Assembly (NCBI RefSeq): GCF_003918875.1
Contig: NW_025767356.1
Span: 310,001 to 374,000, forward strand
DNA: 64,000 nucleotides
Origin: Haliotis rubra
Lineage: Eukaryota
Direction of reading: 5' to 3'
The notes under the pieces are model-generated. The model did no database searches, had not been told where the DNA came from, and was given only the letters and a program-made list of their open reading frames with translations. Every line of letters begins with the position of its first letter. Within the stretch, counting starts at the first letter, position 1. A program made the translations under genes and the position numbers. Shown here piece by piece: positions 26,052 to 39,600 of the stretch.

Positions 26052-26510
26052 TAGTTCTTTGTAGAACCTGCCTGACGTCTGTTTTTTCACACCACTGACT
26101 CTCACTGATCATACACATGTGCAATGTATTACACTAGGATCATTCTTACACCGACAGTGCCACATAAACAATTTTCCCTTCTAGTTCGTGTTGCAGTGTG
26201 ACTGATGACTTGCCGATGTATTACATCTTTGACATGCTGGCCACACGCTGCCGGCTTAGCAATGCGTGCATTGTATGGGCCCCATTGTATGTAGTTCCGT
26301 CTTATAACAAAACGCCTTCTATATATAGCAGTCTGGATGTAAGTGATTGTGTTCAAAATTGTTAAACACAATCGAGCGTGATCATAGGAAATAACCGGAA
26401 CTCTTCTATATCATTTTTGTAACAGATTCATAGCTGACTGAAAATAAATTACATTTTTTAGAATTAGGTCATGCATATGACAGTAGACAAGGTATGTATA
26501 TATAAAGTGT

Positions 26511-26517
26511 GTATGTA

Positions 26518-26548
<31 letters not shown>

Positions 26549-26570
26549 TTGTATGTGTGTGCGTGTGGGT
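26511..26570. repeat. (GT)n microsatellite
   Basis: Seen directly. Confidence 0.9.
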
Positions 26571-28165
26571 GTTAATCAGGCGTAACTACACAACATTTGT
26601 TTGTATTTTTACAGTTCTCTGTACCCTATAGATTAGTGCACACTGAATGAATGTAGCTATATCATATGCATGTCCATGTTGTTAAAGCACACAAGTAATA
26701 GGATATCAACACCGGTTCTCACTAGGAAGCAATAGGAAACGTGTGTATTTGTATATAAGAAATGCAACTAGGTGTCGCGAAATGATATGGGACATTCATG
26801 TAAACGTAACTCAAACTGAGTGTTTGAATTTTTTTTGCTAAGCCTGAAAACTGGATGATATGTGTATCATGTATGTGCCTTGTTCACTGTTTTGTCATCA
26901 AAATCGTTTAGACTACTTCAAATTCCCATATTTTATGTTAGTTATGTTTTCCTTGTTTGAGGGCATATGCAATGTAATGTTGGAAGAAGTGAGCGCACAT
27001 GTTTATGACTCAAACTGCGTAAAAATAGTAAGATTTTTGTTGATTTACAATACGTTTGTGAAATATTTCCGCATGATTCACACAGTGGAAATACAACTGT
27101 CACAACGTACCAGTGGGGCAAATTGTAGAATTGTTCAGAACGTCCCAGCATAATATACATCTCGCGGTCAGTTTGCAGTACAATATATACTGATTAACAT
27201 TTCTTCGTGAAAGCTGACCTTAATGTCAGACACAAAACTGGTTGGACGTTTTGACGTGAAACTAACTACTACTTCCTGACAGGTGACCCTCGCTGAGATA
27301 GAGTCCCTGGGTTAGTTCACCCAACAAACCACTAGCACCCACGTATTTCCACTGTACAAGTTTTTAACGTGAATCTTGTTCAGATGACACCTGGCCGTGT
27401 CAATACAGAAAATACAGAATTTGTCACACATATTTCCTGGACACGTGAGAATGAAGGGAGGTTGTTCAGTGATGATATGTCCCTGATTTATGGTGTTTCT
27501 GTACATATTGAAGTTACTTTGTCTTTTTCAAAGAGAAATCTGGTCAATTAGATCAACTATGCCGTTTAAAAAAGATTAGGTCTTTCAGGGTGTTTATTTA
27601 TCTTCATTTCTTTGTTTTGATTATTCTTTTCAAGTGATACACAGTGCCGTCATGGATATGGTTATGATGTTTGTGTAATTTCAGACACGAAGAATGTGTA
27701 GTCCATGGCAATGTGGCTTCAATTAAATAATAAAGCTTTATTTGTTGATCATAACTGATGTTATCGTGTGAGTGATATCTTAATATTTTGCTGCTTACTC
27801 TTTGTTCGCAGTATCGATTACTGAATGGTGGGTTAGTCATATGGTTTGTACTTTGTTCAATGTATTTATTTATACAATGTTTCGCATATATCATCAGAAG
27901 GCTTCCGCACATTCCTTAAAGGACATGTTTGACAAGGGACAAGAGACGGCTCTATTTACTGGGGATATGTTTACTTAAGTGTCTCTGTACGTCACAAGGA
28001 CGTCGTGTATCAGTAGTAACATATAGGACAGCGCTTCCGTCCTGCCTGTAATCTCCTTGTGACTGGATGCCACACCGGATACAACTTGGCTTCCTTTGAA
28101 TATACCGACTGAGAAGGGTTCCCCTTTTTACAACATTATTTTAGCATATCACAAGTGCCAGAGTA

Positions 28166-28508
28166 GGGACTGTTCATAATTTATGGCAAGGGTGTGTGTG
28201 TGTGTGATGATGATGATGATGATGATGATTTTTATGCAGAAGCATGTACAATGTGAATGACCCCCCCCCCCGGAAAATTTACATACAAAGTAAGTAACCC
28301 CCCTTGCATATCATGTACAAAATCAATGACTCCCTCCCCTTCCTATAACATCTGAGCATATCTTTTTAATACTTTTATGAACAAAATTGCTGACCCCTCT
28401 TGTACATGTGTACAAAATTGCTGATCCCCCCTAACTCCCCAGAACAAAATAGGTGACCCTCCCTTAAAATCATCATCACCCAACTAGCCATAAATTATGA
28501 ACGGTCCC
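28166..28508. mobile_element. MITE with ~22-bp TIRs and TA flanks
   Basis: TA|GGGACTGTTCATAATTTATGGC ... GCCATAAATTATGAACGGTCCC|TA; a lone right end of the same family lies at ~22975-23086. Confidence 0.8.
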
Positions 28509-28865
28509 TAACATGCCGGGATGCGTACGTAGGTCGTGAACTATAATGCCATATTTACACTTCACGCTCCTAGATTGCCAGTCAACTGAACTTGAGTTTC
28601 TACAAAATAAGACGAATTTCGATTTCAAACCCATAGTAAGACGATCCTGTCTCAAGTAAGGGACATAACTCTTACACGACTAGTCCATGCCGACTACTTA
28701 TTCATTCAGTGTCACGCTGGCCATGGCTGACCCCCTTCCACATCATGATGTTTCCAGCAGTGTTTCGCACGTGTCAGGTTACCGTGGTTATCTCCTAAAT
28801 GACAGACACACAATTGACATACAGTCGATTGACAGACACTGAACTTGATGGTTAATTAGGGTATA

Positions 28866-29111
28866 CCCGTGAAGGTCCAGGTTAGAATGTTGTTCTTCAG
28901 TAACCCATGCTTGTCGTAAGAGGCGACTAACGGGATCGAGTGGTCAGGCTCGCTGACTTGGTTGATACATGTCATCGGTTCCCAAATGCGCAGATCGATA
29001 CTCATGTTGTTGATCACTGGATTGTCTGATCCAGACTCGATTATTTACAGACCGCCGCCATATAGCTGGAATATTGCTGAGTGTGGCGTAAAACTAAACT
29101 CACTCACTCAC
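28866..29111 (+). mobile_element. SINE family 2 (Nin/Deu-like central domain)
   Basis: Core AACCCATGCTTGTCGTAAGAGGCGACTAA; same 3' tail as family 1 (GCTGGAATATTGCT..GGCGTAAAACTAAACTCACTC); TSD TAATTAGGGTA. Domain assignment is from recall. Confidence 0.85.
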
Positions 29112-30081
29112 TAATTAGGGTAACACCTACGGGTATAATGGAACAGTCCACTGTCGAGTGAGAAGATTAGAGTGAGCCTGAAACAGGTTCGTTAGTGACA
29201 TGTTTGATTGTGTGTAAATACAACTTTGTTGTGATTCAATGATAATCTGTCTTCTCTACTCAAAGTTGTTTTGCCCTGTAATATAAGATTAATACCAATC
29301 AGTTTTTTTATTTGTAACAATATTTCTAAAGATTTAACAGTTTATGTCTTTGAATAGTATTAAATGGACATTCAAGGAAGTAATGAAAAACATTCTCACA
29401 TCCAAGGACACATTGACATGATGTGTCGCTTTTTACATGTATTCTAAATAAATCATTATAATTACGTGTACTCGTCATATATTTTAATCTTGTGAGCTAA
29501 ACATTTAACTTCCTCCATTTAACTTCCTCCATACAACGAACTGGAAGATGCATGTCTTGGAAGACCAGTGACTATTCTAGCTGCTTCAAGGTTAAGTTTT
29601 TCTAATCTATTGGCTTGTTCAATCAAACATCTATCCTTTGGATGCCAACTCCAGTTAGACGAGAAGGTTAAACCCTAATGTTTATGAAAATCAACTGTTT
29701 TCATATTGCAACAATCAAAATTCAAATTAATGTCTTTTCGGCCACCTTTCAAAGTAAATAATATAGCTTCAGTTGTTTTTCTTGTGCATATATTTGGACT
29801 TTTCTATTATAATGTGTAGGTAACAGGTAGTAGGTAATGTGGTCATTGAACCGGAAATGTTGTTGTTTTAAGTTGTCTGCGAACTGCCTGTCTGCGTAAT
29901 GGGAGGATGCCATTACGGTCATATGTCTCATTATACAACCCAGGAAGCTGAAACAAGTGACGGTTTATGGATATGTTGCTCCATGTAAATGCAACACAAA
30001 AGCGACTAAAACATAAAAATAATTTGCCATTTCATCTAATGCAAGGTAAAGTTTCTTATGCGAACAGTGTGATATCACAGG

Positions 30082-30237
30082 AGTGAGTGAGTGAGTTGGG
30101 TTTGACGCCGCTTTTAGTAATATCACGGCGGGGGACACCAGAAATGGGCTTCACATATTGTACCCATGTGGGGATCAAACCCAGACCTTCGGCGTGACGA
30201 GCGAGCGCTTTAACCACTGGGCTACCCCCACCGCCCC
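30082..30237 (-). mobile_element. tRNA-derived SINE, family 1
   Basis: Reverse-complement match to the other copies. Confidence 0.85.
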
Positions 30238-30397
30238 ACATCACGTGACATTTTAAAGGATAAAGTATGGATGTTAGACACGCCACTCACGTAATCACCA
30301 AACATTGTACTGACAAGGAAATATTTCTCCTGCCCTGTTTAATTTGACCCATGTACATATCGGTATCTGTTTCTTTATACTGATAAAGAGTTCGGCA

Positions 30398-32301
30398 ATG
30401 AACTCCACTTGGTCTGTCGACTGGTTGCTTGCTGTGAGCACGGCTAACACGGAGCTAGTCCGCACAGGTGAGACAAACAGTATGTGCGTATTGCTGAATA
30501 ACCAGTGTAATACTTTAGGACCTTTTAAATGTGTACTGTCCTTCAGCGGCTGTAGGGAGTGAACACATATGACAAAAGGCAATTTAATTGAGATTAAATT
30601 ATTTGAATCCTTTAAAGAAGTTAAAACAGGCACAGCAGTGGTAATACAACGCTACAACCGTCTGACGTTCAGGGGTAACCTAGGTCCAACGCTGTACTGA
30701 ATGCTGAGCCATGGATGTATAGTAATTCTATCCTTCAAAGAGGCAAGTCTAGATAAGCGGATAGTACAGATGCCAGTCTGTTAATTATACTTTTTCATAA
30801 ATTTTCATTTAAACTTATTGAGACTTGGGCAAGTCTAGTTCAGGGGTATCAGAATAGAATACAGTAGACCCGGCGATCTATATGTTCTACATAAAACCTG
30901 CCATTCACGCAGTGATAGGATTGTCTTGATAACAGAAAGCACGGACTGACTGTATCGCGACCACTGTGTTACCAACAACAGGTAAATGTACTTGACACGG
31001 CGGAGCTCCTGGCAGTAATAATTCACTCGCAGAGTAAGGACGATTAAGCTATTTGGATTTGAAAAAAAGTCAGCGATAGATTTAAAGAAAACATATTTTT
31101 GAAACTGTTCTTTCAATTTGAAGCCAACATTCGATCACATATGTATGGCTGTATTACCTTATATTACCCGTTTGTCAGGATTTCCATCAGTCCCTTTACT
31201 GAAACTTACCACACTTTCTACATTATGTTTACAAAAAAACATGAACTACTCTCTATAGCGTACTTCATACTTGATAATTTGCAGGATACGTAGCTTATCA
31301 ACTGATCTTTGTTCGTAGCCTCTTACGTAGCGCTGGCAGGGGTTATCTCCCTTCTCCTATGCCTGCTCCTGCTCGCCAGTATCAACACGTGCATCACCTG
31401 CAGGTACACGTTCGGTTATTACCTGCTTCTTACTTTGTAATAGTTTTCTGAGGTTGTTGTAGAGTGTGTGTCCCAGTAGACACATGTTGTACAGAGTTTC
31501 ATGGGATTGCTGACATACGAACTAGTGAGGACTGAAACATAGTCTTATCTTAAATGTTTTTAAAAGTGTACATATCTACATCCATAACACTAAACGATTT
31601 AAATAACTCTGTCTGTACATATCTATACCCTTTGTCTGCCTCTTGTTGAACTTTTTTGTAATATACACTTGTAACTATGTGGAGAGGGCTTATTTAAGGT
31701 TGGATCACTTGTGCCCAATCCGTTTCTTAATTGAATAAAATATGTTTCAATCAATCAATCTGACTATAACGTCTTGGCATGTCTCAGTGTAATTAATGGT
31801 AGCTTATAATGTATGTTGTACCCGACGGTTAAACCTGGAGTATTTTCAAATAATTTCTTCTATTAATATTTTCATCTCATTCAAAATGTAAATTATAACT
31901 GATTATGTATGTACAGTCCGGAAGAATGTTCACATTATTGAAATATGTCTCCTTATCGTTTAAGAAATCCAGGCAGAACAGAAACACCTCCATGCCTTGA
32001 CTCCATAGCAGAATTCAGCAGAGTGGCGGATCTATGTTCACCATATCATACGACTCACTTACATCCAGCATGTCACAGTTCTTCCAAACCTGGACGGAAA
32101 TCGTCTGGAAGTGATGGGTACGCCAAACCCTTCCACCCTGGACGAGGGGTCAGCTTGAGCGAACACTATGTGTCTGTAGACATGGAGCGTAATGACGGGC
32201 ACAGTCCTGTACTGACAACAGGTGCGAGTCATCGAGGCAGCACATGGTACGATACGGACATTGTTGTACGAGGGAATCCTCAAAGCTCGTGCACGACATA
32301 A
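30398..32301 (+). CDS. TMA-1: small type-III transmembrane adaptor-like protein (~163 aa)
   Basis: Exons: 30398-30467 (MNSTWSVDWLLAVSTANTELVRT, donor GTGAGA); 31319-31403 (TM YVALAGVISLLLCLLLLASI followed by CITC); 31965-32301 (tail DGYAKP, EHYVSV, WYDT; AAG acceptor). Phases are consistent; extra small exons cannot be excluded. Confidence 0.6.
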
Positions 32302-32414
32302 CGTGGACCCTACCCGAACAACGTACGTGACACCTGAGGTCATAAACCCATTGGATTCCCTGGTTCTATTGAACTTTTAGTGATCAGACACTGACATTCT
32401 TCATGTATCATTTG

Positions 32415-32539
32415 GTGCGGTGGGGTAGCCCTGTGGTTAAAGCATTCACTCGTCACGCCAATGGTCCAGGTTCGACTCCCCACATGGGTATAATGTGTGA
32501 AGACCAAGTGGCGTAAAACTCAAATCACTCACTCACTCA
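32415..32539 (+). mobile_element. Internally deleted SINE, family 1
   Basis: Head with A/B boxes joined directly to the tail. Confidence 0.8.
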
Positions 32540-33228
32540 TTCCCCCTGTATCAATTCTGATTTTCCAGAGCACATACTGATGAACTGAAAATGAATATTG
32601 TAAACATATACAGCTTACGTCGGGTATCCGGAATAAAACGTGAAAATTGCATAACCTTTCTTTTATTGTATACATTCCAACTGGTGAGCTGGAACACTAC
32701 AAATCTACTTCAGATATACATCTACTGATAGCGAAAGATGTGTTGAGAAAAATATGCCACACTCATTGTCCTGAACATACCTTCTTGTACGTGTCTTACT
32801 TTCACAATCTTTTCTTTTAAATCCAGCGTAATATGTTTCGTCAGATAACTCAGACGGATTATTTTCTGGGTGTGATTATTTATGTTAAATATCGTCAGTT
32901 GTCGAGTACTGGGCAATGCTTCAACCTATCAAACAGCGACTTGTTTCAACGTCTTCTGTCGATGTTTTTGTTAAATTTCAAAGGAGTTTATTAGTCATGT
33001 ACTATTTCCTTATTATTCATGTTGAATTACGTTTCGATTTCCAGTCAGTCATTTGACGGGTCCATGACCATGGAAACATTTAATATATTAAGTCAAAGAG
33101 GACGTGTTCATGTAAACAGTTTTTATTAAATCAGGAAACAGTTACCGCACTTTGTTTTACAGCCTCCAAAGCAATGACGTATTGACTGTGTTTCTGGTTT
33201 AAATAATTATATTATACTACAGTAAAAG

Positions 33229-34479
33229 ATGTCGGACATAAGTATGTATGTAGGAACATCTGCCGTGTTGTTGGTCTGCATGGCTCTGATCATCGTTATC
33301 CTGCTACGAAGGTGGGTCCAACTCGACGTAATATGCCCTTGTGCTTATTTTACCGCTTCGTTCACCCGCAATGCTTGTTACGGATCCAATTAATGGAACA
33401 CGTGAGACAGCGGACAAATGTATTGTTTGTGTATATCTAACTCTGTTAAAATATCTGCACAGAGCTTTACTCATTCTTTCACAAGATGGCAGCCATTAGT
33501 CATATTAATCAAACACAGTTAAAATCACTTACTTCCTTGTCCAGCTGTGACGCAGAGCCCCGGTCCGCATCTTCTTCCTCGTGTACATATGGTTGAGCCA
33601 GAAGAGTAGTTTCAGTGAGCAGGGATTTCCGTTATTAGATATATTGTCGTAATATTAATACTCGTTCACGATCACACTCTAGACTGAACCTATCCCTTTA
33701 TCCGTTACCAACATAGACATCTGTCTATATTTCATGTCAGTGGTTCCAAGGGGATGTTAAGTCTATTCCTCAATACATATCTTAATATAATACCACATTA
33801 GTGCGCCTTGTGGCTGCAAGCGTTGTATGATCCCCAGGAAGTTGAGAATGATCATACGAAGTGCCGTTAAGACTGACATCCTATGATCGAAGGAAAAACA
33901 AAGCGCCTGTGAGCAGCCTATATAAATAGATTATAATTATAAAATAATAAACAAGAATCCCATACCATAGGCACTTTTCTTCACATGTAAACATAAGCGA
34001 CAAAACCCTTCGACATCCATAACAAATCCGATGTGATGCAATATATTATTACAACTTTCGGGAAATCTGAGGCAGAAGATGAGGTGGCAGGGTCCTGGCA
34101 AAATACACCCTGCCCAAACAATTGCTCTCCGGTTGACATTCCACTTTAAAAACGTGTATATTTCACTTTGTCATCAGCATTTGATTATCACGTTTGATGA
34201 TACTTCAGATACCACCGACTCCTACAAGCCACACTGCTGACAGAACTGTCCCGGTTCCTGTATCAAGACAGTGGACCTAGCAATGTTCAAACAGCCCAGT
34301 CAAGCCAGGTCAAGTCTGGAGATGCAAAACGGTCGCACTCCTTCAACCGTGGAATGTGCACTGGCTGCCTGACAAGGGGAAACTACAGTCGGATTGATGT
34401 AGACAATCTGTCAGACACATCTCATGATGACGTAATTATGACTTACAACGAATATGGTTGCAGCTCTGTGACAGTGTAA
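33229..34479 (+). CDS. TMA-2: small type-III transmembrane protein (~117 aa)
   Basis: Exon 33229-33311 MSDISMYVGTSAVLLVCMALIIVILLRR (in-frame TAA just upstream of the ATG; donor AG|GTGGGT, phase 2) joins 34209-34479, a stop-free 89-codon frame (YHRLL...GNYSRI...TYNEYGCSSVTV*). AATAAA at 34635. Missed by the ORF track. Confidence 0.6.
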
Positions 34480-35687
34480 TGTTCAACAACAGTGTATTGA
34501 CAACATCAGATGGATAAGTACCCCACTACAAAACGATCTGAGAATAAGAGGATAAGTAAAACGAAACACGGAAAGAGTTGACACACTGAATTTAACGTTT
34601 ATATGTACGTTTAACAAAGTACATACATGGCTTGAATAAACAATGTACAAAATGTGAGAGGTTTTTGTTTTGTTCTCAGTGGTAGTTGCATTGATCTCGG
34701 TACGTCCCTGAAAAAGACAATGTGCCTGCTATACCGGTAGACTCACATCTTTCAGCAGTGACATACTTGCAAATTGTAAGCTAAAACGACAACCTTGCAG
34801 TTTAAACATAGCTCTTATCTACCTTTTTGTGATACATTACTGTTATATATGACACATTCCTATAATGATTACATATGACAAATAACGACGACAAAGTCGA
34901 TTGTACTGTTGGGACTATATCACGAGCATGTGTTATGAAACGCTATCAGGCAGTGATGATATCAGGTGCTAAATGTAATTCATACAATTTAATGTACTTT
35001 TATATCTACGCGCAGATATATAAGTAAAGTATATTAAGCATTAGAATAATGGAGTTGGTAAAACGTCCGTCAGTATCGTAGCTACATAGCTAAGTGTCAG
35101 TAATCACTGAGAGTATCTCCACATTACACTGGACTGGTATGAATGTCAGTATACGCTGTGCATGTATACGAATATCATGAAAATGTACAAATGTCCCTGC
35201 GATTCTTCAAAACGCCAACACAGGTTAGGTTCCAACGAATGTGATATCGCACATGATTATGAACACTGTCTTTGTGACACAATTGTATGTTATGAGTAGT
35301 GTCCCAACAATAAATCGAACAACATGCAAAAACAACAATTTCATTTTGAAGTTTTATTTACAGTAGTTTATAATTACAGTGTTGTTTACATGGTCACCGC
35401 TGACAACCTGCGTGAATATAGTCAATAAATAAGAACAATAATTCTTATCAACATCTCAGTAAACATATTTACATTACAAATTAAACCGGATCACACAAGT
35501 CATGTTTAAACATGGAAGGTAATCTTGGGGCAATCTTGTTTCTGTGTGTGGATATGCTTACCCATTGCGAATGTGTGTGTGTCACGTATAAAACCGTTAG
35601 GATTCAGCAGCTTCCCCGGAAGAGAAGAAGTTACAACTGGTCATCAACAAAAGGATCAGGGGATGTATGAGATCATCTCCAAATTGC

Positions 35688-36352
35688 ATAGGTAGGTAGG
35701 TGAGTAGGTGGTTGGTTGGTTGGGTGGGTGGGTGGGTGGGTGGGTGGGTGGTGGGTGGGTAGGTGCTAGGTGAGTGGGTAGGGTGGGTGGGTAGGTAGGT
35801 AGGTAGGTAGGTAGGTAGGTGGGTGGGTGGGTGGGTAGGTGGTTGGGTAGGTGAGTAGGTGAGTGGGTGGGTAGGTAAGTAGGTAGGTAGGTACAAATGA
35901 ATGTTGATCGGTGGGTGGGTGGTTAGGTAGGTAGGTAGGTCGGTACAAATGTAGGTTGATCGGTGGGTGGGTGGGTAGGTAGGTAGGTAGGTCGGTACAA
36001 ATGTAGGTTGATCGGTGGGTGGGTAGGTAGGTAGGTAGGTACAAATGCAGGTTAGGTAGGTAGGTAGGTGGGGGGGGTTGGATGGGTAGTTAGGTAGGTA
36101 GGTACAAAAGTAGATGGGTGGGTGGGTAGGTAGGTAGGTAGGTGGGTGGGTGAGTAGGTAGGTAGGTAGGTACAAATGTAGGTGGGTTTAGGTAGGTAGG
36201 TAGGTGGGTGGGTGGGTGGATGGGCAGGTAGTTATGTAGGTGGGTGGGTGGGTAGGTAGTTCGATAGGTAGGTAGGTAGTTCGATAGGTAGGTACGTGAA
36301 TAGATAGTCGGTGGGTGGGTGGATGTACGGTTTCTCAGGTAGGTAGATAGGT
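35688..36352. repeat. Compound (GGTA)n/(GGGT)n microsatellite
   Basis: Seen directly; G-rich on the + strand. Confidence 0.95.
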
Positions 36353-36619
36353 GGTTGCTTTTGCATTACACCCATGTCATGGAAACAATGTACTCTTCAT
36401 TGCGTGCTCAGCCGTGTGTTTTGGCCACACATAATTCATAAGACATTACAGCCAGTCCACGTAGATAATTAAATATATACATGATTAAGAGCTTACTTCC
36501 GTCATTCCTCTTACGTAAGGAATCACTCTGGAACTAAATATTCCACATGAATCTAAGGTCAAAGACAAATACTCCTGCAGGAAATGGCACTAATACGTTG
36601 TCACATGTCCTGCGAGGCA

Positions 36620-39600
36620 TCATCTTCCTCGCACTCTCCTTCCCCGTCTACACGTATCAACGGTCGTTCCTCCATACCACCCGCCACGTGATCCGCCTGT
36701 CCATCCCGACACGGGTTGTCCCCCTGGTGGTTCCTGTCTGTCTTTCCCTGCAGCTTCAACAATCGGTTCCACATTTGTCGTGTAACTTGGTTGTATGTCT
36801 TCCCGACCCTGCTGGTCGGTGTACGCAGCATTCATGGCTTGAATTAAATCACTGCTTGACGACCAAGGCTCACAATACGTGCCTTTAAACAGCTGTTGAT
36901 CCTTCGGCTTTAACATTTTAGCAGATCCAGAATTGTGCGAGTCAATTGTGTTATCTTTCGTGGAACTGTTCTGTCTTCCAATGATCACATGTGTTTCCGA
37001 TGTGAGTCTTCGACTCCTACGACGCATGCGCATATGGTCTAAAGTCAGTTCCTGCTGGATGATCCTCCGCGTCATCTTCTGTATCCTGCAGGAATAGATG
37101 CAGATGTACAGGCCATGCAAGTAAACTCAGATGTACGGGTCATGCAAGTAAACTTAGATGTACGGGTCATGCAAGTAAACTTAGATGTACGGGTCATGCA
37201 AGTAAACTTAAATATACGGGTCATGCAAGTAAACTTAGATGTACGGGTCATGCAAGTAAACTTAGATGTACGGGTCATGCAAGTAAACTTAGATATACGG
37301 GTCATGCAAGTAAACTTAGATGTACGGGTCATGCAAGTAAACTTAGATGTACGGGTCATGCAAGTAAACTTAGATGTACGGGTCATGCAAATACACTTTT
37401 CTTATGGGTAGAGTCTGCATGCTGTGCCAATTTCATGTAGAATGTATCAAATTAACAAAAATAAAAATAAATTAGTGCCACTTAGCATTACTGCCACCAC
37501 TCCCTTCAAAAGACAATATTTCCTTTCCACATCCAACCGTGTTATTGTGTTCACATTACAAAACTACGGGTCCATTTAATTGATATCACACAGGCGTATA
37601 ACCTGCCAACATTTAACTATTTGATGACACTCTACACAAGTGCCTGTCCTCGCTCAAATTGATATTGACTACCCACTGCAAGATTTCCCGTCCACATCCA
37701 CCTATTTCTTTGACTTCCCAGTGAATTATTGCCTGTCAACATCCAACACTGTCATTAAATACCCACTACCTGTCCACAATCGTACTGACTACCCAAGGCA
37801 ATAAAACCTGTGCACACCCAACAATGTTATCGACTGCATACTTCAGTATTACCTGTCCACCAAGAAACATCCACTGGCTAGTCCTACAAACAAAACAAAG
37901 CCGCAAACGCCAATGCTTGTCCCCAGAATCAAACGGTCTGCAATTTGAAATAAGAAGAAAACTGTATAATATTTTTCAACATTTCAGAAAATTAAGCTTC
38001 ATAGCTTATTACAGCATAAAACGTCAGTGTGAAAGATCAACAAGTCTGCCGACACAGATCAAGAAATATAACGAAGACACCTGGGGCTCCTTTCACGAAG
38101 CAACCTTTACTACAGTTAAACTTAACTACCATTCTTTAACGTTGCACTAAGGTTACCTTAGTGACTTACGATCACCATAGTGCTTTGTGAAATGAGGCCG
38201 TGGTGTTGACAAAAAGAGCACGGATGTCCAGCTAATGCCACTTTACCAAACACTACACTGCCGTTAAGGTACCAACATTTATTCTTACCCCAACACTACA
38301 CTGCCTTTAAGGTACCAACATTTACTCTTACCCAAACACTACACTGCCGTTAAGGTATCAACATTTATTCTTACCCCAACACTACACTGCCGTTAAAGTA
38401 CCAACATTTACACTTACCCCAACACTACACTGCCGTTAAGGTACCAACATTTACACTTACCCAAACACTACACTGCCGTTAAGGTACCAACATTTATTCT
38501 TACCCCAACACTACACTGCCGTTAAGGTACCAACATTTATTCTTACCCCAACACTACACTGCCGTTAAGGTACCAACATTTATTCTTACCCCAACACTAC
38601 ACTGCCGTTAAGGTTCCAACTTTTACTCTTACCCAAACACTACACTGCCGTTAAGGTACCAACATTTATTCTTACCCCAACACTACACTGCCGTTAAGGT
38701 ACCAACATTTATTCTTACCCCAACACTACACTGCCGTTAAGGTACCAACATTTATTCTTACCCCAACACTACACTGCCGTTAAGGTACCAACTTTTACTC
38801 TTACCCAAACACTACACTGCCGTTAAGGTACCAACATTTACTCTTACCCCAACACTACACTGCCGTTAAGGTACCAACATTTATTCTTACCCCAACACTA
38901 CACTGCCGTTAAGGTACCAACATTTACTCTTACCCCAACACTACACTGCCGTTAAGGTACCAACATTTATTCTTTACCCAAACACTACACTGCCGTTAAG
39001 GTACCAACATTTACTCTTACCCAAACACTACATTGCCGTTAAAGGTACTAAAATGTATTCTTACCCCAGCTTTGCCCTGGTTTAGCTTTATGGACAGCCG
39101 CAAGTTTAGGAACACCATTGGTCCCAATGACATCCGATGAGTCTGAAACTGTCACAGAGCAATGTCAATCAAATATTTACTGTTATTCGTGGAAATGCTG
39201 AACATTATACCCATATGTCGATGATAATTCTGCTTTTAATGTGGTTTATATGGTTAACTTTGTATACTTTCCTTTTAAATGTAAACAAGTATTTCATAAA
39301 ATATTTATTTAAACGCTGACACTTTATTTGACAGTTACAATCACTACCATGGCGACGACACAACATCTAGCGAAACATTAACCAGATGGACGCTTCTACT
39401 TAAAATGTAATAACATGAAAATCTGCTTATGTGTTTCTAAATGATTCAGTATTTATCAAACCTGTTCTACAGATGGATGTGTTGTTTCCACATATATCGT
39501 TTGTTACATTGGAGTGGCTGTCATGTCGCTGTGTCGTGGTGGTCTGAGTAGAAGTGGTAGTATGCCGTGGCGGGGGGTATCCTGTAACAGTACAATGGGA

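Noticed and set aside
26400-30000. Scattered exon-like segments (e.g. 27925-28050, 29520-29590)
   Set aside because: Could not be joined into a coherent frame; may be UTR exons or noise.
35597-36175. Pro/Thr/Tyr-rich extensin- or mucin-like ORFs
   Set aside because: Translation of the GGTA/GGGT microsatellite.
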